A stretch of DNA of 64,000 nucleotides from Prorocentrum cordatum. Its lineage: Eukaryota. This document shows, one piece after another, positions 12,423 through 21,614 of this stretch. Each line of letters begins with the position of its first letter. The first letter of the stretch is position 1. The DNA is taken from NCBI GenBank assembly GCA_963575745.1, contig CAUYUJ010000161.1:1-64000 (forward strand), in the 5' to 3' direction. Made by a program: the position numbers and the translations under genes. The notes under the pieces were generated by a model. It worked only from the letters and a program-made list of their open reading frames with translations. It was not told where the DNA came from and searched no databases.

Positions 12423-13927
12423 ATGACGACGGCCCCAAGAAAGTCTCGCCCATCGGTAGGCACTCAGAAGTTCTGGGAATGCAGCTCATGCCAGCGCCAG
12501 AACCTGTGGTCCTCGTCATCCTGCTGATTCTGCTCCGCCAGCCACCACAAGGATGAGGACCCCATCGAAGATCACGATGATGACAGCAGCGGATGGCAAG
12601 TGCAGCGCAGACGACGCAGCTCACGTCCGCGCTCAAGACCAGCGCCGTGGCAGGGCGCATGGAACCAGCAGCAGTGGCACAACTGGGACAATGGCGCCTC
12701 GCAGCAGAAGGACACGCCCACCAGAGCACGCAGCGCAGCGCCGACCCACGCGTTCGCGCAGGCACCTCCGCTGCCACGGCCAGCGGACCCAGAGCATGCA
12801 GAACAGCATCGTCTTTGGCTGCCACCACCAGCATCAAGCAAAGACCTCCGTGCCCATCGTGCCCAGCTCAAAGGGTCTCTTGGCGCCCTAGAGAAACAAA
12901 TTGCTTCAGCATACGAGCTAGGGCAAAGGGGGAGATCATCCGCTCCCTCGAGGACGACTACTCGGTGATCTTATACCAAGTCATGTTCGCCAGGGACGCC
13001 AAGTCACGCACCGAGCAGCAGCGTGCCTACCTGGACAGGGTCAGGAAAAGGCAGCAGGACTCCCAGAAGGACGTCGACAATCTCTCAGAGAAGTTGCGCC
13101 TGGCGAAGGCGCGCACGCAGGCCGTGACGGAGGACGTCACCAAGGCCGAGGAGCTGCTGGCACACTTCGCGTCCCTCGAGCGCCAGGAGCAGCAGGACCG
13201 AGACGCCGCAGCAGCGGGCATGGACGTGGACGGCACCTCCCAGAAGATAGACGGCGCAGCGCTTGGCCCAGCGCACGCATCCAGCAGTCCTCCAGTTGCG
13301 CAGCTCGCGGCACTACAGGCTACCAACGCCGACATGTCAGAGCAGCTCACCAAGCTGGCAGCCCAGATGGCAGTGCTGCAGAGCGCGCTGAGCGCCCAAC
13401 TGCAGCAGCAGCAGGCGAGCGCAGCCCCCAGCATCGCTGGGATCGCGGCACCAGCGCCGCAGACGCCAGCAGCAGCAGTCCAAGCACCAGTGACGGCAGG
13501 ACCTACACAGAAGGCGACAATGCTGGCAGGGGAGCCCGCCTCATGGCCTGCTCCGCCAGGAGCCCAGGCGGCACCCTCACCTGTTGAGGCAGCGCTCGCA
13601 GCAGCAAGCGGAGCAGCAGCCGCTAGCAGCCCAGAACCTGGAGGCAGGGCTCCCGCAGGTGCACCGAGCCGCCAGCGCAGAGCCACCCCGGCAGCAGGGC
13701 GTACTGCAGGACGCTCGGGCAGCCGCCCAGCCAATGGAGGCATCCTCAAGGTCGCGTTCGACAAGAGCGTCGCTAATGCCAAGCGCCTCACGGGGCCAGT
13801 GGAGCTCACCTCCGAAGACGACATGCACGAATCGGAAGCTGAGTCTCAGAGGGCCACAGCTGAGCCTGACGCCCCGTCGCAGACTGTCATAGCGACTCGG
13901 CCCGAGGAGGTCGATCGCGACCTTTGA
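12423..13927 (+). pseudogene. LINE ORF1: RanBP2-type zinc finger, coiled coil and Ala/Pro-rich tail, disrupted by one stop and one frameshift
   Basis: ATG 12423; WECSSCQRQNLWSSSSC*FC fits W-x-C-x2-C-x3-N-x6-C-x2-C with a TGA at 12525-12527. The frame continues as ORF 12600-12968, then shifts at the G-run near 12928-12932 into the coiled-coil part of ORF 12593-13927. Confidence 0.75.
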
Positions 13928-13976
13928 CGGTCACCACTGCCTGAGACGGAAATTCATGTGCCGTCGCAGGCAGCGG
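13925..13976 (+). promoter_or_regulatory. Candidate programmed stop-codon readthrough signal (UGA-CGG plus 3' stem-loop)
   Basis: A single in-frame TGA separates ORF1 and ORF2 and the next codon is CGG; after a 9-nt spacer, CTGCCTGAGACGG (13937-13949) pairs with CCGTCGCAGGCAG (13961-13973) at 12 of 13 positions. Confidence 0.65.
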
Positions 13977-16900
13977 ACAGCCTAGAGGATTGTCCAACGC
14001 CGCCTTTAGAAGCATCTCCAGAGCAGCAACTGTCGCAGCTAGGCCTCGCCACTAGCCCGATCCCTCCGTTGCCCCCTACTAAGGAGATCATTCTAAGGTG
14101 CTGGACCACGCCCCTGGGAACCGACATACTATCACATGCGCAGTTTTGGCACACTACTACAGTACAGGGTATGGTTACCTTATCCGAAGCTCCTCAGCCC
14201 ACTGAGGTCCCCACCAGTATCCAGATCTACACTGGCGGAACCGCTGGCGGTTTCAAGGACTGGCAAGGAAACGAATGCCCCCCTGCTTGGGCATTTGTTG
14301 CCATAGCATCAGACGGGGAGAGACAGTGGCTGCATGGATATCTCGCTCATCCCTTCTCGTCTGCCGCTCTCCTATACCCCGCTGCGCTACTTTCAGCTGC
14401 CGCGGAGTTTGAGGCTGCCATATGGGCTGCCGCCTGGGGCATACAGTATCCGTACTTGGAGCACACACATGTGACGATACACACCGACAACATGGAGGTG
14501 GTACGTGGGGCGTCTTTGGGGGCACTCAAAGGGCAGCTCTTGGGCCTCAAGGGTACCTTGGACGGTCTGGTGCAGGTCCTTACTAGGATCGCCAAAGGGT
14601 TCTCTTGGCAACACATTCCAGGACACCAGGGGACACCGTGGAATGAAATGGCGGACACGCTGGCGCGCCTGGCAGCCATGGGCATATATACTTCACAGCC
14701 CGACACGCAATGGAGAACGGAGCTGGACCTGCCATGGCATCAGCGCGCCTTGCAGTGGCTTTGGCTAGAGTTTGTCAGCCAAGAGCGGCGCAGTCAGTTT
14801 CCTCCTGCGCATGGCGTGCCAGTCTCTGCGCGCCAAGCACCGAATACCTCTATGACAGACTACGTCCCTGCATCAGAGCAGGCCGCCACACAGGTTGCCA
14901 ACAGCAAGCAGGCCCTCCTTTCCCCAAGCTTCTGGGTTGCTACGGCCAACGTGCTTACCTTACTCCCCAGCATGTGGAAGGGCCAACATAACCTCACTGG
15001 CCCTGGGCCCGGCAGGCTCATGCAATTGGCTTCCCACTTTGCCTCCCAACAATACCTTCTTGTGGGCGCCCTCGAGACCCGACTCCAAGTTCACAAGGCG
15101 CAGTCATTAGGAGACTACTACGTCATGCACTCCTCTGCCACACCACAGGGCTCCGACGGGTGCGCACTATGGGTACATACGGGGATTCCATACATGCCGG
15201 GTCACCATATCACAAGCAACATGTGCCGTGTGTTACATGCCGAGCCTGCGCGTCTGATAGTGGGCATCCGTGGTCCAGGCATATGCGTCAACGTTGTTGT
15301 CCTACATGCCCCCCATTCCCGCTCCCACTCTCCTACGCAGACACCGGAGGCCAAGGTATCACAATGGTGGGAGGTCACTACACAGCTTGTGACAGCCACA
15401 CGGCTGGGCGCAGAGCATCTCATCACGCTGGCGGATTCAAACGCAGCGCTTGGCAGCGTGACGTCAGCAGCAGTAGGTGAGATAGACAAGGGGGAGGAGA
15501 ATTTGGCAGGAGAGCATTTCCACAAGTTTCTGTTGGACACGGGCCACTGGGCCCCCTCTACCTTCCTCAAATCGCACTCGGGCATCTCGGGCTCTTGGAC
15601 CGCACCTTCGGGCAAAACCACGGCCAAACGACGGGACTATGTGTGTCTTTCGGACTCAGCGATTGCGCTACAACAGGGCGTTGACGGGGTTGTCGACCTC
15701 ACAGTAGCACAAGAGGACCACCAGGCGGTAGGCGCACTACTTCTCCTACCTCCCTCAGGCTGCTTCCAGAGGCGCGCCAAGCCGACTCGCATCCCTCGCG
15801 ACCCCGCTCGCCTTCGCGACCCCGAGGCACAAGCAGTCTTTAGGAGCCTGTTGCACGAGTGCCCTCTCCCAGAGTTCTCCATGCATAGCTCGGACCACAC
15901 GCAGCTCCTAGATCAGCACGTGCGAAGGTCTGTCAGCGAAGCTTTCCCTGAAAAGCAAACCACCCGTGGCACCAAACCACGACAGTGTTGGATCCAAACG
16001 GCCACGCTACAGGAGATTGACAGACGCGCCACTGCACTTCGGCAAGCACGACACGCACGACTCGCTTTGGCGCGCGCATCCCGTGCAGTACTCTTCTTCA
16101 CTTGGGCGCACCTTGCGCACTACGCACGCACATGCCGGACGTATGACGACCCACGGTACCTACGATATGCTACCATGCCGCCGATGCCCGACAGTGCGAT
16201 CACAGCCTGGGAGTGCAGCATCCGCTCGTACAATGCAGTCAGCAGCGAGTTTAGTCATGCCATGGCCAGGTCAGCAGAGTTACAACGGCAGGACCCATCC
16301 AAAAGACGACGGGCCAAGTGGATGCGCATAGCATTTTTTCCCTCTCCGCGTCTTTTCGCCCCGATGCAGCCAGATCACTACTGGCTCCACGCTCTCCCTA
16401 CTCCCGACCTCATTGCGTGCATATGGGATGCCATACGGGGGATGGAGGGATGTACGTCGGCAATGCGTGAACTATTCAAGCTGCACAACACCTTCATTGT
16501 TAAGCAGTGCTCACAGTCCGACGCCCAGGCGCACTATCGGGACCTAGCTACACAGCTCAAGTCAGAGTGGGACAAACCAGCCATGGACAAGGCGTTCGCC
16601 ACATTACGACGCATGGGCGCGGGGTCCAAGAAGAAACTCCTGGCCCAGGCCCTCCCCATCATCAAAGGGAAAAACGGGATCCCAGCAGCTACCCATCAGG
16701 AAGCAGCGAATGTATGGCTTGCACATTTTGGAAGGGAGGAGTGCTCTATTGTGATCCCTATACAGCACGCACAGGTCATCATCGACCTCCTCCCCCCCCT
16801 CCCTGCTCAGTCTTGCGCCGTCCAAGACGAGGACATCTTCCTGCCAGCGCTAGCTCAGTTTCAGACGGCGTGCAGAGGAGCGCGTCCCAGTGCAGCCAGC

Positions 16901-19900
16901 ATCGACGGCATCACGGGACGCTTGCTAGCGACTTTCGGGCCCGAACTTGCTGAAGTATACTTTCCCGTCGTCATGAAAGCAGTAGTAAGGCTCGAGGAAC
17001 CACAGCAATGGAAAGGAGGGTCGTATTGGAACATCTGGAAGCGCTCAGGAGACCCGTCTTGGCCCGCCCACTCCAGATCCGTCATGGTCTCCCCGCAGAT
17101 CGGCAAGAAGTTCCGCTCCCTCATACGCACCCCTCTCGCACATGCCCTTCCTAGCTACGCGGGGGACCAACAATTTGGTGGTGTCTCGGGACGTGGGGTG
17201 GATCTGGCAGGGCTCACCATTCGCACCTTTCAGAACCTAGCTGAGCTTTCCAACACCAGCATCATGTATCTATTCATCGATGTGGTGCAGGCATTTTACA
17301 AGTCGGTCAGACAGTTGGTCATGTGCTCAGGACATACTATTGACGACATCGCATGCATATTGAGGACCACGGGTCTCCCACCAGAGGCCATGCAGCGCCT
17401 CCTTGCACGGCTCAGTTCGAATGCAACTAGCTTGGAGACAGCTGGAGTCAGCCAACACCTACGGGCTCCGGTAGCCTCCTCCTACCACGGGTCCTGGTTC
17501 CACTACCCAGGGGCCTCTACAGTGGCGGTTTCCCTGCTCGGCACTGTTCCAGGACAACAACTCGGGGACGTCGTTTTCAATTTCGCTATGGCGGAATGCA
17601 TGGCCCTCACCAAAGAGCAACTCCAGCCTCTCCAACTAGCGCTGCAGGTTCCAACGATGTGTGGAGCATCACTCTCGCAGATGATGGCGCACGAGCCTGC
17701 GCCCACGCAGCAGGCCTTAGAGGTTGCCTTATTTGACGACGGAGCTTTCGCCGTCATCGGAGACCCCCTCGAGCTGCTACAGCTCGCTCCGCAGGTCGCA
17801 GGCATAGTGGCGAGCTCTTTTGCATCCCGAGGACTCACTCTCAATTTCAAGGCAGGAGAGACAGAGGTGCTGTACCAATTCCATGGCAAACATTCCAAAT
17901 CCGCCCGACTCCAGCTTTGGAAGCACATGCAGGGTACTTTCAGTTGGCACAACGACGTGGTAAGAGATATGCACATGCGCGCAGTACGTCAATACCCCCA
18001 TCTTGGGTCTATCTTGGACGAAAGGTGCGCGCTGGGTCCCGAGGTCGCCAAACGTATTGCTGGGGTGGCACAGTCCTCCAGAACACTCGTGCGCAAAGTA
18101 TTTCGGGCCCTACCTCAAGATGAAGACGCCGGTGCAGTGAAGATGAGGTTCATTGACTCACTTATTACCTCCTCCATGTTGTTTAATTCGGGGACCTGGT
18201 GCAACATCGAAACTGGAGCCTATGCTAAGCTACGCCATGCACTGCTGCGCAAGTACCGGGCTGCCAGCGGACTGTTCAGCTATGACGACACTGCTAGTAC
18301 CGACGCCGTTGTGCTGGCCACAGTCACTCGCTGCGATCTGAATGTGCAGTTGAGAGTACATAGGCTCAGACTTCTGGGTAGAGTTATCCACCATGGGTCC
18401 GACATCCTCCGAGGGCTGCTCGCGATGGCCTATCGAGCCGCTCAGGACAACCCCGGGGCGACCAAAACCTCCTGGCTTCACCGCGTTTTGGAGGACCTAG
18501 CTTGGATGCGCAAGGTATGCAAACAACTACACGACTACCCAGACCCTGTGGTAGATTTTGGTGCTTGGGAGAAGCTCGTTTTTCGATCGGCTCGTGCATG
18601 GAAGAGCCTCCTGCGCGAGGCACTGGCCAACGCTGCGCACGCAGACGCACAGTCAGCTTTAGCGGACAAAGCAGAAAAATACTTCTTTGCCATCACGATG
18701 CCTTGCGGCTTCCCGCTACCCATCACCCACCCCCACCACCCGCTGAGGCAGAACGACGGGAGGATCACGCAGCTTGAATGTCCCTGGTGTCAGGTTCACT
18801 TCCCGAGACCCAAGGCGTTGCGTCAGCACATCGTCCGCATGCACTTCAGTCTTGTTTCGCAGATCGAGCGCTTCCTCGGTGAGGGTACACAATGCATGGC
18901 GTGTGCTACAGATTTCGCATCACGACGACAGGTGCGAGACCATCTAGCATTCGACTCTGCCAGGTGCGCACTCTCTTACGGGTGCAGAGGGGCCACTCTT
19001 ACAGCGTCACAAGCTCAGCAAGCAGCACAGCACGACAGACAACTCTGTGAAGCCCGCCGTAAGGCGGGCCTGGGACGATGGAGGTCAGCATACCCAGCGA
19101 CGGTAGGCATCAATGGGATGATCTGGGAAGCCACTTGGGTTTTCTCACACCTAACGGCGGAGGAGGCTAGGAAGGTTCTCAGAGAAGCCCGGTATGAGTA
19201 CCCTCAGGAGGCCTTACCAGCTCTCCAACTAGCTTGGCAGGACGCCCCACCTCCCCACCCTGACGGCTCCGACCCCAACCCTATGCATTATGAAGACCGA
19301 TACTACATCTTCCGTCCCAACGACTTTACGGGCCTCGCCGTCACTCCGCTCCCATACCGTATTACGCGTGCGGAGGTCTTTATACTTAATCTATTTTGTG
19401 GGAGGCGACGACACGGCGACATACAATATCACATCGATGCCATGACACATGGAGTGGAGCTAACTATCACAGTGCTTTCCCTGGATATTGCTATACACCA
19501 TATGCTTGGGGACCTTACGCGTGCCTCCACCATCGCCGAGTGGACGGAGCACATCCGAAGCCACCGCGCATGGGTCACAGGCGGAGGACCGCCATGTGAG
19601 ACCTGGAGCGCAGCTCGCTGGAACCCTGACGGGCCCCCACCCCTACGCACTCACAGCCACATGTGGGGAGTGCCGTGGTGCGCACAGGCGCAGCGTGAAC
19701 AACTCAGAGTAGGCAACATGTTACTCTTCACCACAGCACAGCTCTTGGCCGAGCACGTACGTGCAGGCGCTAGCGGCTGGATGGAGCACCCGCCACCAGC
19801 GCCTTGGAGACCCGAGGCGCCCTCAAGCTTTCACTGGATGCCCCTCCGAGCGCTGGAAAGCTGCCCCCTGGTCAGCACCATCCAGTTCGACCAATGCACC

Positions 19901-20494
19901 CACAGAACAGAGGACCCACGACTACACGGCAAAGCTGCGACCAGGATCTTGGCGCTCCGACTACCGACCATGTATGGCCTCCTGAAGGCCAACAACAACG
20001 GCAGGTGCAATCACGGCCCCAATGCCCATGCAGTACTGCAGGGCAAACACGAGGACGGGACATTCAAAACGAGCAGCAAAAAGACGTACCCACCATCAAT
20101 GTGCAAGGCCATAGCACAGGCCATGCACGACAGCATCATGGACGCATATCACAATGGAATGGACGAGCCATCAGACATGCTACCACAGCCCACGCAGGAT
20201 CACAACGACTCCAGCATCCGACAATTCTTTGTACCGTGGTCCGACGAGGAGTGCTTCTGGGAGGCCCCGGACTACGCCGGCAAGAAGGGTACAAAACACA
20301 GAGTGAACCCTGAAGCTTGGCGTTGGGCTCCACCCAGGGAGACCAGCGAAGCCTCCGCCTCCTCCCCTTCCTCTGGCGCCTCCGCTGCCCCCCCCCGAGC
20401 CTCTGGAGCTTCTCCCGCCCGGGGCCCCCGAGGGCCGCCCGTCCCAGGCTGCCGCGGTCATCGAGGCGGCCGAAGCCGCCACGGACGTGAGTAG
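13958..20494 (+). CDS. LINE ORF2 polyprotein: RNase H - APE endonuclease - reverse transcriptase - 2x C2H2 zinc finger - C5 cytosine methyltransferase
   Basis: RNase H ~14215-14680 (IYTGG, AAEFEA, IHTDN, WQHIPGHQGTPWNEMADTLA). APE ~14930-15735 (TANV, LETR, LHAPHS, DSNA, RRDYV, EDH). RT ~16890-18015 (SIDG, QFGGVSGRG, FIDVVQAF, GTVPGQQLGDVVFN, LFDD, GLTLN, YPHLG). Zinc fingers ~18779-18950 (CPWC..H..H, CMAC..H). DNMT ~19375-20130 (LNLFCG, SLDI, GDL, GGPPCETWS, MEHP, FDQC, YPPSMC). The frame is open from 13928; the first ATG is at 14171. Confidence 0.93.
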   Translation: MPSQAADSLEDCPTPPLEASPEQQLSQLGLATSPIPPLPPTKEIILRCWTTPLGTDILSHAQFWHTTTVQGMVTLSEAPQPTEVPTSIQIYTGGTAGGFKDWQGNECPPAWAFVAIASDGERQWLHGYLAHPFSSAALLYPAALLSAAAEFEAAIWAAAWGIQYPYLEHTHVTIHTDNMEVVRGASLGALKGQLLGLKGTLDGLVQVLTRIAKGFSWQHIPGHQGTPWNEMADTLARLAAMGIYTSQPDTQWRTELDLPWHQRALQWLWLEFVSQERRSQFPPAHGVPVSARQAPNTSMTDYVPASEQAATQVANSKQALLSPSFWVATANVLTLLPSMWKGQHNLTGPGPGRLMQLASHFASQQYLLVGALETRLQVHKAQSLGDYYVMHSSATPQGSDGCALWVHTGIPYMPGHHITSNMCRVLHAEPARLIVGIRGPGICVNVVVLHAPHSRSHSPTQTPEAKVSQWWEVTTQLVTATRLGAEHLITLADSNAALGSVTSAAVGEIDKGEENLAGEHFHKFLLDTGHWAPSTFLKSHSGISGSWTAPSGKTTAKRRDYVCLSDSAIALQQGVDGVVDLTVAQEDHQAVGALLLLPPSGCFQRRAKPTRIPRDPARLRDPEAQAVFRSLLHECPLPEFSMHSSDHTQLLDQHVRRSVSEAFPEKQTTRGTKPRQCWIQTATLQEIDRRATALRQARHARLALARASRAVLFFTWAHLAHYARTCRTYDDPRYLRYATMPPMPDSAITAWECSIRSYNAVSSEFSHAMARSAELQRQDPSKRRRAKWMRIAFFPSPRLFAPMQPDHYWLHALPTPDLIACIWDAIRGMEGCTSAMRELFKLHNTFIVKQCSQSDAQAHYRDLATQLKSEWDKPAMDKAFATLRRMGAGSKKKLLAQALPIIKGKNGIPAATHQEAANVWLAHFGREECSIVIPIQHAQVIIDLLPPLPAQSCAVQDEDIFLPALAQFQTACRGARPSAASIDGITGRLLATFGPELAEVYFPVVMKAVVRLEEPQQWKGGSYWNIWKRSGDPSWPAHSRSVMVSPQIGKKFRSLIRTPLAHALPSYAGDQQFGGVSGRGVDLAGLTIRTFQNLAELSNTSIMYLFIDVVQAFYKSVRQLVMCSGHTIDDIACILRTTGLPPEAMQRLLARLSSNATSLETAGVSQHLRAPVASSYHGSWFHYPGASTVAVSLLGTVPGQQLGDVVFNFAMAECMALTKEQLQPLQLALQVPTMCGASLSQMMAHEPAPTQQALEVALFDDGAFAVIGDPLELLQLAPQVAGIVASSFASRGLTLNFKAGETEVLYQFHGKHSKSARLQLWKHMQGTFSWHNDVVRDMHMRAVRQYPHLGSILDERCALGPEVAKRIAGVAQSSRTLVRKVFRALPQDEDAGAVKMRFIDSLITSSMLFNSGTWCNIETGAYAKLRHALLRKYRAASGLFSYDDTASTDAVVLATVTRCDLNVQLRVHRLRLLGRVIHHGSDILRGLLAMAYRAAQDNPGATKTSWLHRVLEDLAWMRKVCKQLHDYPDPVVDFGAWEKLVFRSARAWKSLLREALANAAHADAQSALADKAEKYFFAITMPCGFPLPITHPHHPLRQNDGRITQLECPWCQVHFPRPKALRQHIVRMHFSLVSQIERFLGEGTQCMACATDFASRRQVRDHLAFDSARCALSYGCRGATLTASQAQQAAQHDRQLCEARRKAGLGRWRSAYPATVGINGMIWEATWVFSHLTAEEARKVLREARYEYPQEALPALQLAWQDAPPPHPDGSDPNPMHYEDRYYIFRPNDFTGLAVTPLPYRITRAEVFILNLFCGRRRHGDIQYHIDAMTHGVELTITVLSLDIAIHHMLGDLTRASTIAEWTEHIRSHRAWVTGGGPPCETWSAARWNPDGPPPLRTHSHMWGVPWCAQAQREQLRVGNMLLFTTAQLLAEHVRAGASGWMEHPPPAPWRPEAPSSFHWMPLRALESCPLVSTIQFDQCTHRTEDPRLHGKAATRILALRLPTMYGLLKANNNGRCNHGPNAHAVLQGKHEDGTFKTSSKKTYPPSMCKAIAQAMHDSIMDAYHNGMDEPSDMLPQPTQDHNDSSIRQFFVPWSDEECFWEAPDYAGKKGTKHRVNPEAWRWAPPRETSEASASSPSSGASAAPPRASGASPARGPRGPPVPGCRGHRGGRSRHGRE

Positions 20495-21614
20495 CCGGCC
20501 AGCGGCAGCCGCCAGCTCAGACGCCCTAGCTGCCCCTCCTCCGCCCCCCCCCCAGCTCACTGCAGAGCAGTCGGAGAGAATTCGTCGCAACAGAGAGGCC
20601 GCCAGGGAGATCAAGCGCAGACGGCGCGCTCCCTGGAATTTCTCTGCCATCTTGTGGCCAGAGTAGCCTCGCACTCTGGGGGCCCATGTGTGGCCCCAGA
20701 GCCTATGCAAAGTCATGGCACGCCCACGCGCGTCGAGACACACAGAGCACGACCCAGCGTCCCAGCCTGCGTCTTACCTACCCCCTTCCTAGGGCTCGAG
20801 GACGGCCCAACAGGACCCCAAAAACGGCCCCAGAGGTTCGGGAGTCCGCCCAAGAGGGCCCCAAGAAATCCCAACGGGATTTCAAGAGAGGGCCAACAGA
20901 GTCCGCTGGGCCGTCTTTGGACGGGCTTGGGGAGTCTTGCGGCCGTTTTGAGGCGGTCTCTGGCTCAGGGCGCCGTGGAGCCGTGGAGCAAAGCGCAGAG
21001 GGCGCGATTTTGTGGACGCGCGCGGCGGGGGGGCGTCGCTCCCAGAGAACAGCAGAAACATTTCCCGAAAGCCAACGAGCGCTCTCATATGGCCCCAACG
21101 TGCCTGCGACAGGGTGGCGGAGTTTCATTGTTGGCGTTCGAATGTTCAGAAAGGGAATTGGTCGGCGCCTCAGTATGTGTGCCTTTCGCGCCAAGGCGCG
21201 TCAGGCTGCAATGCTGGCTTGCAGGTGGCGTCCGCCTGCGGTCAGCCCAGTGAATTTGATGCTTTGCTTTATAAGAGCGGGTCGCTCCACCTTGCGCGCA
21301 CATCCTTGGGCAATCGGCCAGATAAGCGCGCGCGAGGTTGTTGCGTCTCTGGCGCGAGACCCCGCCAGTGCAGCTTCTTTCTCTTCACCGCGGAGGCGAT
21401 CGTTTATTTCATTTCGCCTTGCGTGCGCACCCGTGGGCAATCGACCAGATAAATGCGCGCCAGGTTGATGCGTCTCCGTCGGAAAATATAAATGTCATGT
21501 CCTGTTGTTCACTCTTTTCGCTCCAGGGGCAGCGAGGAGTTTCGCTACGCTTTGCGTGCGCACCCTTGGATTATTTACCAGGCGAGTATGCCCCAAGCGG
21601 TGCGTCTCTACCAG

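Larger units (their letters stand above)
12071..20780 (+). mobile_element. Non-LTR (LINE-type) retrotransposon carrying RNase H and a C5-DNA methyltransferase
   Basis: ORF1 plus an ORF2 with APE and RT motifs; flanked by the 12-bp direct repeat CCCCCTTCCTAG (12059-12070 and 20781-20792), a candidate TSD. The boundaries are less certain than the element call. Confidence 0.9.

Noticed and set aside
12921..12934. Programmed -1 frameshift in ORF1
   Set aside because: There is no in-phase X XXY YYZ heptamer; a 1-nt loss in a G-run (decay or sequencing error) is simpler.
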